A DNA stretch of 64,000 bases. Source: a virus. Shown here in pieces: positions 30,307 through 43,341 of this stretch. The notes under the pieces are model-generated. The model saw only the letters and a list, made by a program, of their open reading frames with translations. It searched no databases and was not told where the DNA came from. How positions within the stretch are numbered: position 1 is the stretch's first letter; every line of letters begins with the position of its first letter. Where the stretch lies: positions 64,001 to 128,000 of the IMG/VR virus record IMGVR_UViG_3300027896_000011, one strand, 5' to 3'. The position numbers and the translations under genes are program-made.

Positions 30307-33300
30307 CTAGCCGAGGCGTTGAGCATATTCTGCCCACTCCTCAGCTAGTTGTTCATCCTCTTCCCCGATTATTCCTCGAGAAAGAATAGAGGAACTTTCT
30401 TGTAGAGCTCTTAATTTAGCTCTACAATGTCTGTCCTCTATTTTCATCCGGAGAAGAACACAATAAGCCCACTGTTCTTTATTCTCCGGTTTAGACCTTC
30501 GAAGCATACGTAGGTAGGTGGGCCTACCTACGTATTTGATCAGTTCTTGTATCAACTGGCAGTCTCCCATCTCAGCTCTTACCTTTCAAGTAGGCTTTGC
30601 CTTCAGGGGACCATAGAAAGTCCCAAATGAATCGTAATGTGTTCATGGTTTTCCTCCAATATACTTATACCCATATGGAGGACCATATTTTCACTGATTA
30701 TCGAAATCCTCGTCTAACTTGGGCTTAGTCTGCGGCTGATGGATTTCCCCCACCTTTGTGGTACCACTAGCAGCTAGATAATGCGCCATATGATCTAATA
30801 ACGCTCTATCTTCTTTATCTAATCCGGCCAGTCTCTTAGTTCCTACTAAGAGTTCAGTAGCCAATATACGTTCATCAGGGCTAAGGTGTTCACTATCCAT
30901 CATCTCTGATAGAGCGTTCTCATCATGCCCATAAAGCTCTTCAAAGAGTGTGGGGGCTAAAGAAGAAGTAGCTTTGGTCCCCATCTCCTCCGGCGAAAGA
31001 GGAGATGGAACCATTGCTGCTAAGTAGTCTTTAGTAGACCCAAAGAGTGGGCATTTCTGCCAACCATGTCCTTGGCCGGAACAAAGTAAACATTTAGTCA
31101 TCTGGATCTAATATCAAGCCTACCATACGTTTCTCAAAATGGGTAGTAATGAGCGCCCGGATAAGACGTTGTACAGTCATCTTATCCTTCTTCCCCTCTC
31201 GAGCCAATTTGATATTCAATCTCACTACCTCTGCATCAAGAAACTTTTTCATTTGTTCCGTCAGCATTATCCGGGTATCTTTATGAATCTTTTCCTGAAT
31301 AGATGCCTCATCTTGAGGCACATGTGTTTTACGCGACATCTTCTGGGAACACAGATTCAAGTGTTGGTACCACGTTGGCTATAATCATAATAGGTTGTTT
31401 ACCTTCGTACACTATTAGCCATGCTTGATCTTGACCTCTACTATTAGGTCCTGCAGTATATATACGATATTTGGTAGGTTGATCAGTGATGAGCTCAAGT
31501 AACTCAAGGTATTCTGTGCGATAATACGCTCGCTGTTGTGCCGTAGTCTTAGACCACCCTACACTGTACTCAAATGGTACTGCTTCATATGTTACTGCCT
31601 TCTTCTCTGCTTCAGATTGGAATGTTGTTTCTGTAGCTCGTACTATCTTTGAAACGTCCGGAAGAAGAACAGTAGACCATTCCTTATCTTCAAACAATTC
31701 TGCATGAGGGCAGTCAAAACCCTCTTTAAGCAGGTTGTCTAACTTTGATGTATCTGTAGCTATTGCGTTTGAAGGCCAAGCTGCTATGAAGGCTTTACAT
31801 GCTAATACCCAGTTACCTTCCTTGTCTTTGGTAGCCCATAATTTGCGTTGTTCTGTTTCCTCATCATTGAGTGTGGATAGAGTAACCTTTTTAATCTTAC
31901 TGATTATTAGGTCATCAAGTACTCTCATCAATTGGCCTCCCCAGTAATGCCAAAGGCTACCTTTTTGATAAAGGCAATTGTTTCTTTTTTGTCAATATTG
32001 TGATTATTACAATCAAATATTACTTTCTTTTGTTCGGCGATGACGTGAGCCATTAGATGTAATGCCTCTACGGATAAGGTATCTAATTGCTCAACTGTTA
32101 TAGCTTGAACTGTGTTTGTTGCTTCCAGCTTCTTTTCTAGTTCTTCTATTACAGGTACTTTATTTGTGTCACTAATGTATTTTGCATTATTAGTCATTCT
32201 TTTAATTGCGTCTCTGATAGCGCACAGATCTAAGTAAAAAGGAGCAAGATTATTCGTCTCTTGCAAACGAGTGTACAATGTACCAGTAAGGTATTTGAGG
32301 TCACCTACTACTCCTAGCATAGATCTGCTTATAGAATTATCTGGATTAGTTGCGTCTATATAAACAGCTACTTTACCAAAGGTTTTATACCTTTTTAGAA
32401 TTTTATCTATCTTGCCTCTTAATTTGTTTGATGTTAATTGTTTCCCCTCCGCTGCTTCAGTGCCATCAACTTGTACAAGAAAATAGAATTTCTTTTTTTC
32501 CTTTTTCATTAGATGCCTTATGAAGATTGTTGCTGCAAAGAATACGGTGAGTAGAAATGCAACACATTTGATACGTATCAATGTCTACATTACCTAGCCG
32601 GTGGTTGTTGTACGTGTGGGATATCAAATGAAACTTCTCTATGAGAGGACATCATTGGAAAAGCACTATGTATATTTGATAATATAAATCCATCTTCAAT
32701 TAACATCCTCTCTAATTCACTTTTCATTAGCCCTTCATCTAGACCGAATACGCTATACCGATATTCGATATGGTTTGCACAATATTTTGTTATACAATCT
32801 TCAGCGTGTTCTAGAAGTTTAGTATATTCTTCTTTAGCGCGTTTGTATGTGAGAGATATTCGTGCTGCAAGTGCTGCAGTTAGTTTTTCACTAAGTATTT
32901 CAGCAGATGTTTTCATTTGTGTCCTCCATTAGATCAAACGTACTGTACCGTACCTGGAGCGTTACGAGCGCGATATGGAAAGAAAATAGGTCTCTTTAGT
33001 CTATGGTCTATCCATATTCGCGGAAAAGAGAAACGGGAATGAAATTGTCGGGCGGTAAAATCAATAGCGATAGTATCGTCTATTAATATTACCCAGTGTT
33101 GATCTTTGTATTTGGCGTACGGTGGTCTTTTATCCACTCTGAACAGGTCGATTTTAGCTTTTAAATGTTTCATCTTAGCGTATTCGATGAAGTTTTCTGA
33201 AGAGAGCCAACACGCTCCATTTGCGTAATACGCCTCAGCTAGTTTAGGGTATAGTTTTATGAATCCTTTGATCACTTTACGTAGTTTGCGTGATTTGACC

Positions 33301-34276
33301 TTAGCTATTTGTATTTTAGAGTAGTTTGTAAGGATTTTTTTCACACGCATCAATAAAACATCCCGAACATACTGGAAAACCACTAAATGATTGTACAGAC
33401 CCTTGTATCCATTTTGAACACATTTTACAGGTTAATCTGAGTACATTTACTTCTACATTTTCTTCTTGTTCTCTTCCGCCAATCAGTTCGATTAATACCT
33501 CATTGCACTTAGTACACTCCACTACCAGACTAGAGTTTCCACTGATATTATCATCACGCCGAAATGTTTGATAGTGTCCTATCTTAAGGAATTTAAGATG
33601 TCCGTGATCTGATAGTGCTTCTTGTTCCTTTTTGGTCAATGTTGCTATTGCCATTACTGCTCCTTTGGCCGTCCACATCCAGAGCAATATACTATTTTAC
33701 GTACAGTGTCTTTATCGTTTTTCAGATCTTCTTTCGCATCTTTTAGCTTCTCTATATGAGAATATAAATGATCAATTAAATTATTAAGTTTACACATGGG
33801 TTCCTCTAATTCATTTAGTTTTTTTGTCTGTAATTTATATATCTTATCCGTTTCTTTATCAGCCCATTTATCTATTTTATCCATCTCTGGGTAATTTACC
33901 TTTTTTAGTTCTCGCCATCTTATTCGTGCCTTTTTTAACGTAGTGAATGATTGTTTAATCTTTTTATTTATTTCTTGTATTTTTTCATCAATCTTAGCTA
34001 TAGCTGTTTCTTGACGTGTAGTCAGCTTTTTCATGATTTCTCCTATAATTCTGTTTGAAATACACGGTTCAGTTCTTCGTTGGTAGGAGTCTCCCAGTTG
34101 ACTATTGTGCCGCTATCAATATCAATCTCTAATTGAACATAATCCCCGTAATGGTCTCCGGGGAAGAAGTCAGGAACGTATCCATCATACGCGCCGCCTA
34201 TTTGCTTCTTATTTATGAACAAATCAGCACAAAAATTGTCGGAGCATTTAGCGCTTATTTCGATGATTCTCGGCAT
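30307..34276 (-). other. Block of small leftward hypothetical accessory genes (30307-30570, 30691-31101, 31094-31360, 31329-31931, 31928-32581, 32590-32916, 32934-33383, 33316-33687, 33654-34034, 34043-34276)
   Basis: Tightly packed co-oriented ORFs with RBSs; GGGATAAG motif at 34313-34320. Confidence 0.6.
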
Positions 34277-34442
34277 TGATCTTCTCCTAACAGTGGGTGG
34301 TTAACTAGTTACCTTATCCCCGTAAATTGATCAATATTACATAAGTAATTTAACGCATCCGGTAGATTTCGGCACCGTGCCGAAATCTACTAATTGCGTC
34401 AATAGTTATGACTCTTGCTCATTTCTATGAATTATGTAAGCT

Positions 34443-35168
34443 GTGCTTATGCTTCTATACGTCACAAGCCCTCACATAAAAAGCCCGGAAGTTGTTACTG
34501 TTCAACAACGCTTAGGCGTACTTGGATACTCTCCCGGTAGAGTTGATGGGGAATATGGCCCTACTACTGCTGCAGCAGTACAACGCTTCCAAGCTGCTCA
34601 TGCTCTTCGACCGGATGGAATAGTAGGAGACATTACCTATGCTACGCTGTTAGCCTCTTCAGTTCCTCCAAGAGCCCCGCAGCCTAGTGAGGTGGCAGCC
34701 AGGGCCTTAGCTGAGGCAATCAAGCACCTGGGGCTCAAGGAGAGCCCTTCTGGCTCCAATAGGACGCCATTCGGAGAGTGGTTCGGGGTGAATGGGGTAG
34801 CTTGGTGTAATATCTTTGTGTCCTACTGCTACAATGTAGGTGCTGGGTATACCATCTGTGATGGTTATAAGGGAGCGGGGGTTAAGGCTGGCAAAGGGTG
34901 TGCGTACGTACCCACAACTGAGGCATGGCTACGCTCGAGTGGTTTGTGGGTAGGTAGGACTGCCCCTGTAGCCGGAGACATAGCCATTTACAACTGGGAC
35001 GGTAGGGGTATACCTGAGCACATAGGTATTGTGGAGCAATACCTTGGCGATGGAACCTTCTCCGCCATTGAAGGCAATACCTCCATAGGCAATGACTCCA
35101 ATGGCGGAGAAGTGATGCGGAGAACGAGGAAGGTAGAGAGTACTGACGGGTTTGGAAGAGTTATTTAG
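34443..35168 (+). CDS. Endolysin: PG_binding_1 domain plus CHAP amidase
   Basis: VDGEYGPTTAAAVQRFQ..LRPDGIVG; AWCNIFVSYC, EHIGIV, AIEGNT. Confidence 0.9.
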   Translation: MLMLLYVTSPHIKSPEVVTVQQRLGVLGYSPGRVDGEYGPTTAAAVQRFQAAHALRPDGIVGDITYATLLASSVPPRAPQPSEVAARALAEAIKHLGLKESPSGSNRTPFGEWFGVNGVAWCNIFVSYCYNVGAGYTICDGYKGAGVKAGKGCAYVPTTEAWLRSSGLWVGRTAPVAGDIAIYNWDGRGIPEHIGIVEQYLGDGTFSAIEGNTSIGNDSNGGEVMRRTRKVESTDGFGRVI

Positions 35169-38100
35169 CTCTTATCTTGTTGTACTCTTTGATCGCTTTG
35201 TTTCTGCTAGGGACGTTTATGTACGCTCTACAAACAGTACATCCGCACCCTTTGTGGCAACACTGAATTAGGAACTGCGATATACCTACATTATCTACCT
35301 TCGTGACATGCCCACAAGTTGGGCAATTAACGGACTCGTTTCGCATTCTTCTTCTTTTTCTTTCTTGTATTGGTTGAGAAGATCACTTTGCCTTTTGGGC
35401 TCATGATACGGACCTTAGCATAAGTCCCGCTCTTCAGCAAAGTATCAAAAGCCTCCTCAGCTTTGTTACACGTAGTATAATGATCATATAAGATCCAACC
35501 TACTTCATCAGCACAGTCTTGAGAAGACCACACATCTATCCAGTAGCATTCAGACGGCACACTTTTAAGTAGCGTGTCGTCTAGCGTGAAACCGCCATTG
35601 ATCAGTTCGTGCCCACACGAACAATGTATGGCTGTAGGACCTACAAAATTATCCGCATCACGAATAAAGTCCCCTTCGTTAATACTACTAGTCTCTCGAT
35701 CTAAATTACTTTCTCTACAGTGTTCTGAGTATCCCCAGACTTGTAACGCGCCTTCTTTAGAAAAAGGTTGTTCACATTTGGGGCAGATAACGGGTATTTT
35801 TACCTGCCTGGTAGTGACGTGGATAGCATTTATACTTACTTCTATTTCTTTAGGTCCTTTTTCCCAGTCCGGTCCACTCATTACCTTAAAGGCATCGTTG
35901 TCTACGAATACAGCTTTTGCGCCATATCCTAAAGAGCTTGGAGCTTGCTCTAATATCCATCCACGCTTTTTGAGGATGCTTTCTTCTTCTGCTGTGAACT
36001 CGCCTACGATGTACATTTCTTTCCCTTCTTTGGCCGTACGATAATATCGATATCACCAGATCCCATCTTTTGCTGCTCACCGGTTTTCACGGCTTGCTCA
36101 ATCATATGTACTACTCCAGCGTCACTGTAAATTCCTGATGCTGTTACAACAAATGATTCTCCTCCGAATTCATCCAACCTGGGCTTGCTACAAGTAAAAG
36201 CAGCTGAAAAACACACAACATCTTTGGGACGGAACTTGGCCAGAAAAGCGCGAACAAGCATTGCCACGTTAAAGGTGTTACCCCACTCCTCTCCGTAAAT
36301 CCACAGACCTCCTTGCTTCAGATCTAAGCACCATTGGAAATCGGGCCACGGTGCTTTCGTATCTATACAATTCCTACCAAAATCCAGAGCTTTAGAGACT
36401 TTTATCACCGACTCCTCTCTATCGGAGAAGAGAGTATCATCCTCGAAAGTACCCTCGAAATCAGATCGCAGCAAATCTTCTAGCCACTTCACCTCTCTCT
36501 TCTTGAGCTTATGTATTTCAAAGCTGAACTGCGTGTAGTTATTGGCCATATTGCTCTACTTTCTTAAAATGCGTGGGTATACGACCTCAGCTATTTCTTC
36601 TAAAGTGTCTGGGGACCAAGAATGGTCCATGTTGCCTTCGGGCCATAGTATTTCTTTGATGAGTGCTATTTTTATTACTGCCTCTTCTGGCTTAATTACA
36701 TTCGTATCATTTACAGCAACTTCTAGTTCGTCTAATGCATCTTCTTCTGGTTTAGTACGCCATTCGTCTTTACTTAGCATACTAAGCACTTTTATGGCAG
36801 CTGCTCTTAATTGTTGAATAGCATTCATTTGCGTGATGATGTCTTCCATTGGTTCTCCAAAAGTAATAGCGATCAAAGAAATAGGGCTGTGCTTGCACAC
36901 AGCCCCCTTCTGCTCAAGACTCTTTCTAGAATAGAGTCTTAAGAGTGATGTATGCCCTACGAGTATCCGAGTCCTTCTTTAATTGGGCAAGAGCCAATTG
37001 TACGCTTATTAAATCTGCGCTATTTACTTCTTTTGCCAAAGCTTGTGTGACCGCAACAATCCTTGTGACCTTATCTGCCTTTGAAAGTGATGACAACGGC
37101 CTCTCCTTGTGGTGGGTTAATAGACTTCAGATTACTTATCCCCTATTGGAGCTATTGTTTTCAGTACCTCAGTAAACATTTTTATTAGTCCGGTTTTTTG
37201 GTCATACACAAAAAGGGAGTCTATATTTTTGTTAGAGGGTGTGTCAGTTGATACCATTGCCTTTGCTTTATGCTTTGCCTTATTTTGTTTGATGCGATTA
37301 GTCCGGAAAAGAGGGAAGAATTTATATATTAAACCCCATATGTTGTTCACACTATCTGCTTTTCTAAATAGTGTAAGGATGTCTTTGAGTTCTTCATCAT
37401 TCTCCACATTATACACAAATCGTCCAGCGGTTAATGGATAACTTAGGGTTCTAGTAAGTGCTATAGTAGCGCCTATACGCCGAGAGAACTGATCTTTTTT
37501 GCCTACTACAGCAATACCAAGGCATTTGTTATCTTGGTTATATGCAAGAGTACAAATCCATGTTCTTTTCATACTCCCATTTTCCGGATATTGAATAGAG
37601 AAATGGTGATTGATTGGTTTCATCATTTTGATGGCTCCTGTTGGTCAGTGTCTTCAATAACTGTGGATACCATTCCATCCTCAAGTTCTTTTATAGTGAT
37701 CTCTATTCCGGGTATTACTGACTTTAGTGCTTTGTTAAGCAGTACAGCATATTTTTCTGGGTACCAAATATACCCACCTTCACCGTCAATACCCCAGTCA
37801 GTTATGAAATTGATTGTTTTTCGTAGTGTATTTTTACTCATTTTTGTTTGCCTCTCATTTTTCATTTGTTATGTGACAGGTAGTCCTGCTAGACCTAATA
37901 GTTCTATGATTTCTGGTAATATTGATCCCTCCTGAATGAGTAAGTATGGACACTAATATCCTTATACCTACTTTATCCCTCTTTTTAATCCGGCTTAAAA
38001 TAAGCGGGCTAAAGAAAAGAACAAGAGCACATGCTTTTATCCTTTCCTTTAAGGCATTCCCTGTTTGTTTAATTAGGCGTCTGCACGCCTGCTGCTGTGT

Positions 38101-40517
38101 TTGCCCTTAGGTGAAAATGTAATTGGAGGAACATCGTTACACGCTTCACCACGACCATGATTGGTCTTGTAGGAGAAGTGGTTGAGAAGGGCTTCGAAAT
38201 TAGTGATACGCAGACCTTCTCTCTCAAAGAAGTTCTTGATGGTTACTGGAGTCCATCGAGACCCTTCAATGATTTGGAAAGTTTCAGAGGATTCCACTTC
38301 ATAGACGCCATGGCTTCCATCCATGGAACCTTCCAACAGTCCATCATCGAACTTTCTTGCTTTCCTCAGAAAGCGCATAAACTTCCCAGCTCGACTGATA
38401 AGTATAAGAACATCGTCTAAGTTATTGAGCTTCTTAATCAACGGCCGGAAGGTCATATTTTGACTATGAGACCCGATTCTGAAATCTCCTAGGGCTACGA
38501 ACATGACATAAATATCTCTAACCTTTTTCTTCATCTTGGCTCCTTGTTGTTGGCGAAACAGATGGTCAATCTCCTTATCACAGAGATTGACCATCTTTTG
38601 CACGGTGTCACTACACAATTACGTAGTTACCGCTTCGCTCTACAGCATCACGAAGCCTGTACTTCGGCTCACCCTTCAGGTCGTCCTTTCGTACGCATTT
38701 CACGTACAATGTCTTGCCCTTTTTGGGCTTCTTTGTAGTCTTTTGTACGTTCTCCGGCTTAGTAGCCGGAGAGAAGGTGAAGGGAGTGGGCTGAGTTGTC
38801 TTGGTTGAGGTAGCCTTATAGGTTACATGATCATTGAGCGCCTTCCCCAATGTTTTCATTTGTTCAGTCTTCAACAACGGAAGGACTGCAAAGAAGGCTT
38901 TAAGGGCCTCTTCACTAACCTCCCATACCAATCGGACACCTAAGCCGGGGGAGGGGGTAGTAGAGTCATTTTCAATCATATGGTTCTCCTGTGTGTGTTG
39001 GTTTCTACTGCCATCGAATAGGATTGTTGGTTGTGCTTGATTCTTCGTGAAGATTATTTCACGAGTCTTATATGAATCTGTTCGAGGTGGCCTTTCTATC
39101 GTCACTCCAAGTGCAGCAAGTCTGTCTTTGGAGTGACATATCTTGGAACTCAGTTGCTGGTTAGAACCAGTGATGTTTAGGTGCTCTTTTAATTGTTCTA
39201 AAGAGCCACTCCATGGGGCAATTGAACTGATGTCTCTAATCAATTCTTCTTTGCTTATCATTTTCACCTCATTTCTTCATCGCACATGTCTAGAACCAAA
39301 AAGGCCAGCTTTTGAGCTAGCCTTTTTGCTTCTTTCTCTCGTTGTTGTTCGACTTCCTTTAGATCGAAATATAATTTAACCGTTCTTTGATCTTTCTGGA
39401 ATTCGGAGGTACAAGGCGCTTTACTACGGTATCTTGTCGCCATTTGCCCCTCCAGATGTTGCCTCCACCAGCTCATAATAGGCCATCTCAAGTTTTCTGA
39501 TGGCCTCTATGCACTCTTTTGTGTTGAGGCTTACCCCACAGAAGATGTATTCATCCATTCGCGGATGGCCGGAGAAGGGTTGGGGAGTTGAGTGATTGGT
39601 ATAAGAGTCAATACTCTCCTGTACCAGTGCACTCAATTCCCTTGGGCTAGCTGCCACAATTTGCTCTTTTGTCATCCTGTTGTCACCTTTCTGGTTTATT
39701 GCACATCAACGTAATCAAAACACAATTGCAACACTTCATCATAAGATGAAGCTTTAAGTGCCTTGTTTTGAAATTCAGCGGCTCGGTCTGTTAACTTTGC
39801 ATTTTTGAGAGTCTTACAGACTTTGCCTATGATAAAAAACACGTTACCATCTGTGCCTACCAAGACACATTTGGGTTTCTCTTGTTTTGACATTGGGCAG
39901 TTTAATTGGTGGTTGTAGTACCTGCACCCTTTTTTTGTTCCACAAAAGGCGTGCCAATTCCTTGGGTCATCTTATTAATCGCATTCATATATTCATCTTC
40001 TGTGAGCTGTACCCCACAAAAGACATACTCTGCCCCCAATAACCCGATGGAATTGAAACAATTGGTGCAGCGTACACAGTACGCACAACCGCAACAATAT
40101 TTGCAGTCACTGCAATTAGTGCAACTCAAACACAATTCACAATACGCACAAATACTGCACTGTAGGCAATTTATACAGTAACCGCACGTGGTACAGTGCA
40201 AACAATTGAAACAGTTATTACACAGAATGCATTCTAAACAATTTTTGCATTCAGTGTTATTTGTTATTTTAAGATTAACTTCCTTCGCAAATTTTTGTAA
40301 CTCTTCTGTGTTTGCTGCGACTATCTGTTCTCTAGTCATTTGGTTCTCCGTTTTTTGGTTTCTTTGGTTTTTTATCACGAAGTTTTTCCATGCATTTCTT
40401 GCAAAAGCTCAAAGGTCTGCCGGTAGAGGGTGAGCAGATCATCTTGTCTCCTGTAAAGTCCTCCTTGCACTCATAACAATGGAAGAGATTTACTGAGGAC
40501 GGTAACCCTTTTAACAT
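35161..40517 (-). other. Second block of small leftward hypothetical genes
   Basis: Packed ORFs including 35327-36016, 36004-36549, 37132-37626, 38073-38618, 38611-39267, 39696-39893. Confidence 0.6.
39902..40378 (-). CDS. Cys-rich C-x-x repeat protein
   Basis: Long run of Cys every third residue; its flanks are paralogous to the neighbour 39424-39675 (MT.EQIVAA...EY.FCGV.L). Confidence 0.65.
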   Translation of the reverse strand: MIKNQRNQKTENQMTREQIVAANTEELQKFAKEVNLKITNNTECKNCLECILCNNCFNCLHCTTCGYCINCLQCSICAYCELCLSCTNCSDCKYCCGCAYCVRCTNCFNSIGLLGAEYVFCGVQLTEDEYMNAINKMTQGIGTPFVEQKKGAGTTTTN

Positions 40518-40754
40518 TCCCCTACCTCCGGTTTATGTATTTCTTTAGGAGCATTTGTGCTCCTGCCATCAATAACCCGTAGGCTACTGACCCTGTCAGA
40601 ATCCAAATTATCATGTGGTTCTCCATTGGTTGTCTCCGGTTATCCGCCGGAGAGAATAATGAGAATTACTTACTGTTCATTCTCATACATATTACTTATC
40701 CCCGTTTATCCCTTCTTATTTACACTCTTCCGGCCGGATAGAATATGGATAAAG

Positions 40755-40788
40755 AAAAGGACAGGGGTGCTGTATTCCCCTGTCCTTT
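40755..40788. terminator. Strong hairpin terminator (U-tract on the - strand)
   Basis: AAAGGACAGGGG...CCCCTGTCCTTT. Confidence 0.65.
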
Positions 40789-40818
40789 ACTCTTAATCGG
40801 CCGGATAAAGAAGTATTA

Positions 40819-41052
40819 TTATGATTTTATTTTCTTTGCTGCACCTATATGTTCCCCACGCTCTATAGAGATTGCTAAGCCACTTCCAGTTCGCATTGGC
40901 CAATTATGTATATACGCCAACAGATCAGCACGCTCTGGAAGTCGACCATAGTGGCAACACTCGTGCTCCACTACTCCATTGAAGTCATTCCACTCGTCCT
41001 CTGGTCCGGCGGATAGGACCGCAATTTCCTGCTTGCAGATTGCGCATTTCAT
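40819..41052 (-). CDS. Small CxxC protein of the MKCAIC...ERAD...IERGxH family
   Basis: Paralogous to 41049-41300, 41571-41750 and 63562-63783. Confidence 0.7.
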   Translation of the reverse strand: MKCAICKQEIAVLSAGPEDEWNDFNGVVEHECCHYGRLPERADLLAYIHNWPMRTGSGLAISIERGEHIGAAKKIKS

Positions 41053-41300
41053 GGCTTGAACCTCTCAGCCATCCCTTCGTGTAGTCCTCGTTCAATTATT
41101 TCCGCTACTTGGCCGGATGTAAAAATAGAAGATACTGATCGTAATAATGCCAATACATCAGCACGTTCTTTTTTAACTGCATCTTGCACTAACTGGCAAT
41201 TCACATGTGTGATGATGCCTTCCTTTTCTTCATCCCCTGGAGTGGTACAAGCACCAGCCCATGGCAAATCTATATGTTGTTTACAGATTGCGCATTTCAT
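41049..41300 (-). CDS. Small CxxC protein of the MKCAIC family
   Basis: MKCAICKQ...ERADVLA...IERGLH. Confidence 0.65.
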   Translation of the reverse strand: MKCAICKQHIDLPWAGACTTPGDEEKEGIITHVNCQLVQDAVKKERADVLALLRSVSSIFTSGQVAEIIERGLHEGMAERFKP

Positions 41301-41570
41301 GGCCTGCTTCTTCTCTCGAAACGCCAAATCACACAGTCGTCTTTGGTTTGCTCGACCAAAACGCATTCTTCTATGGGCGCGCCAGTCTCCATAAGGAATG
41401 CCCACAGCAGCGCGTTTTGAAATCGCAGGCGCACACCAGATGCCTCCTGCATTAGATTCGTCGTGCAAAGCTCCAGCAACGTCATGGCCTGCACCACACT
41501 TCAATCACGACCGTCGCGCAGAATGCAGCGGCAACCAGGGCGAAGCCGAGCGCGGGGCGCGCGTCGTATG

Positions 41571-41750
41571 TCATGGCTTCACCTTTCCCGCTGCGCCTAC
41601 GTGCTCGCCGCGCTTCTTCAGCTCGACGTCGCACTCTTCGTGCCCATTCGGCATCACCGTCTCGTGCGCGGAGACAATCCCGTGCTGGCGGATGATCGCG
41701 AGCACTGGCTTCCTGGCAGGCACCGGCTTGCCGCAAATTGCACAATTCAT
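41571..41750 (-). CDS. Small CxxC protein of the MKCAIC family (59 aa, below the ORF track cutoff)
   Basis: Manual translation MNCAICGKPVP...RGEHVGAAGKVKP; GGAGG RBS. Confidence 0.65.
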   Translation of the reverse strand: MNCAICGKPVPARKPVLAIIRQHGIVSAHETVMPNGHEECDVELKKRGEHVGAAGKVKP

Positions 41751-42684
41751 TGTTCCTCCTTCATGTCCGCATAGTCTGCGCGCTTCATGGCTTCATCTCT
41801 GCTGTAGTATATGTCCACAATTTGTAGCGTAAAACGATTGCGTCATCAGTAAGCTCTTTGTCCGGAGTTGAAGAGAGTTCATTTTTAATCGATTTAATGA
41901 ACTCGATCAAATCTTCTAGAGCTTTTAATCGAGTTGTGCCCGTTCCTATTAAATCTAAGTACTTATCATGGGCCGTCCATATTCCTGGTCCATGGTCAAT
42001 CAGTTCAATACTCATGGCCGCCACGCTATCGTTGCCTCATAGCTTTCATTTGCGCACTCTTTTTCTCTTTCGATGTCTGCATCACTATTTTTCTTTTGTG
42101 CTTCTTGTTTGCGCGTATCTAAGCATTTTACATGACTTCTATGCCCACACTGATTGCAACGATATACTAAGCACTCTATCGCATCAATTGGATGTGAAGT
42201 GTATACCCCTGGACCGGATGGAAATTGATATGACGGGCCAGTAAATCCATTGGCACCGCACTTTTGGCATTTAGCTGAGTGCTCTTCTAGAAGCAGAGGC
42301 ACAGTTTCTTCTTTGACTTGCGTCTGAATGCACTCAGGCAGACGTATTGCCCAGCGTGGCTCAGAGGGGTCACGCTCGCGGAGTATTTGATCGAACATTT
42401 TACACTTTAGTGGTTTGCTAACAAGAAACTGGCAATGCCCACAGGTTTTTTCTTCGCAATTGATGTTAAATGAGATTCTTTTCATGTTCTCGTCCTTTCT
42501 ATTTCAAAGACTAAGTACCAGCGTTATTGTAATGACGTTGGAAACTTTGGCGAAGGCTCGCACCATTTACGAATAACCATAATCAGCAGTACAAGAGGCC
42601 AAATCAGAAAAGTCTTAATGGCCATCTTTTTTGGGTGTGGTTCAGCCATGTTTTCCTTTCCTAATCCGCCGGAGAATAGAGGAG

Positions 42685-43341
42685 TTATGCTTTTATAAGT
42701 TTACCTTCTCCATCACAACGATAAAGTACATTCGGCTCAATTCCATTTTCTCCTACATACCCTACCGTGATTCTACGTCTTCCACTGTCATACCAGTCTA
42801 ATGCTATGACTCCCCTTTCTCCTGCCGCTGCTCGTGAAAAGTATCCTCCTATATTCTTTGAGTGCTCTCCTCCTATATTTATTGAATGCCTTCCTCCTAT
42901 ATTCTCTGAATAATCTCCTCCTATATTGCCAGCATTTTCTGTATTGAGACTGTAGGCTATAGCTTTATTCTGCCCTCCATGGTTCTTTATGAACTTAGTA
43001 GCCTCATATTGATCACCACAGAATACAACGTTTCCATATGGAAATTTGATCTTATCGCCGTCTATATTTACTACTTTTTGTAAAGACACTTCTACAACCA
43101 ACCATTTTGCGTCTTTATCCCCTGCTAGAAATGCGCCAATACCTTCCCCCCAAAGCAGCCCATGAAGGCCATGCCCACAATATGGTTGTGGGCTCCAATC
43201 ATCACACTTCACCGGACCAGAAGAAGGCCATTGAAAGCTACCGTAATTACTTTGTAAGTTTTGATCACATGTGCGAAGTACTAATGCTTTGCCTCTAGGC
43301 AGCTTATAGGCCGTTTCTTTTTGTGTTTTCTTTTTTGTCAT
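42685..43341 (-). CDS. Phage protein with DUF7666-like N-terminus and 8-aa NIGGxxSx repeats
   Basis: GSFQWP..CGHGLHG..KWLVVEV..KIKF; NIGGDYSENIGGRHSINIGGEHSKNIGG. Confidence 0.55.
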   Translation of the reverse strand: MTKKKTQKETAYKLPRGKALVLRTCDQNLQSNYGSFQWPSSGPVKCDDWSPQPYCGHGLHGLLWGEGIGAFLAGDKDAKWLVVEVSLQKVVNIDGDKIKFPYGNVVFCGDQYEATKFIKNHGGQNKAIAYSLNTENAGNIGGDYSENIGGRHSINIGGEHSKNIGGYFSRAAAGERGVIALDWYDSGRRRITVGYVGENGIEPNVLYRCDGEGKLIKA

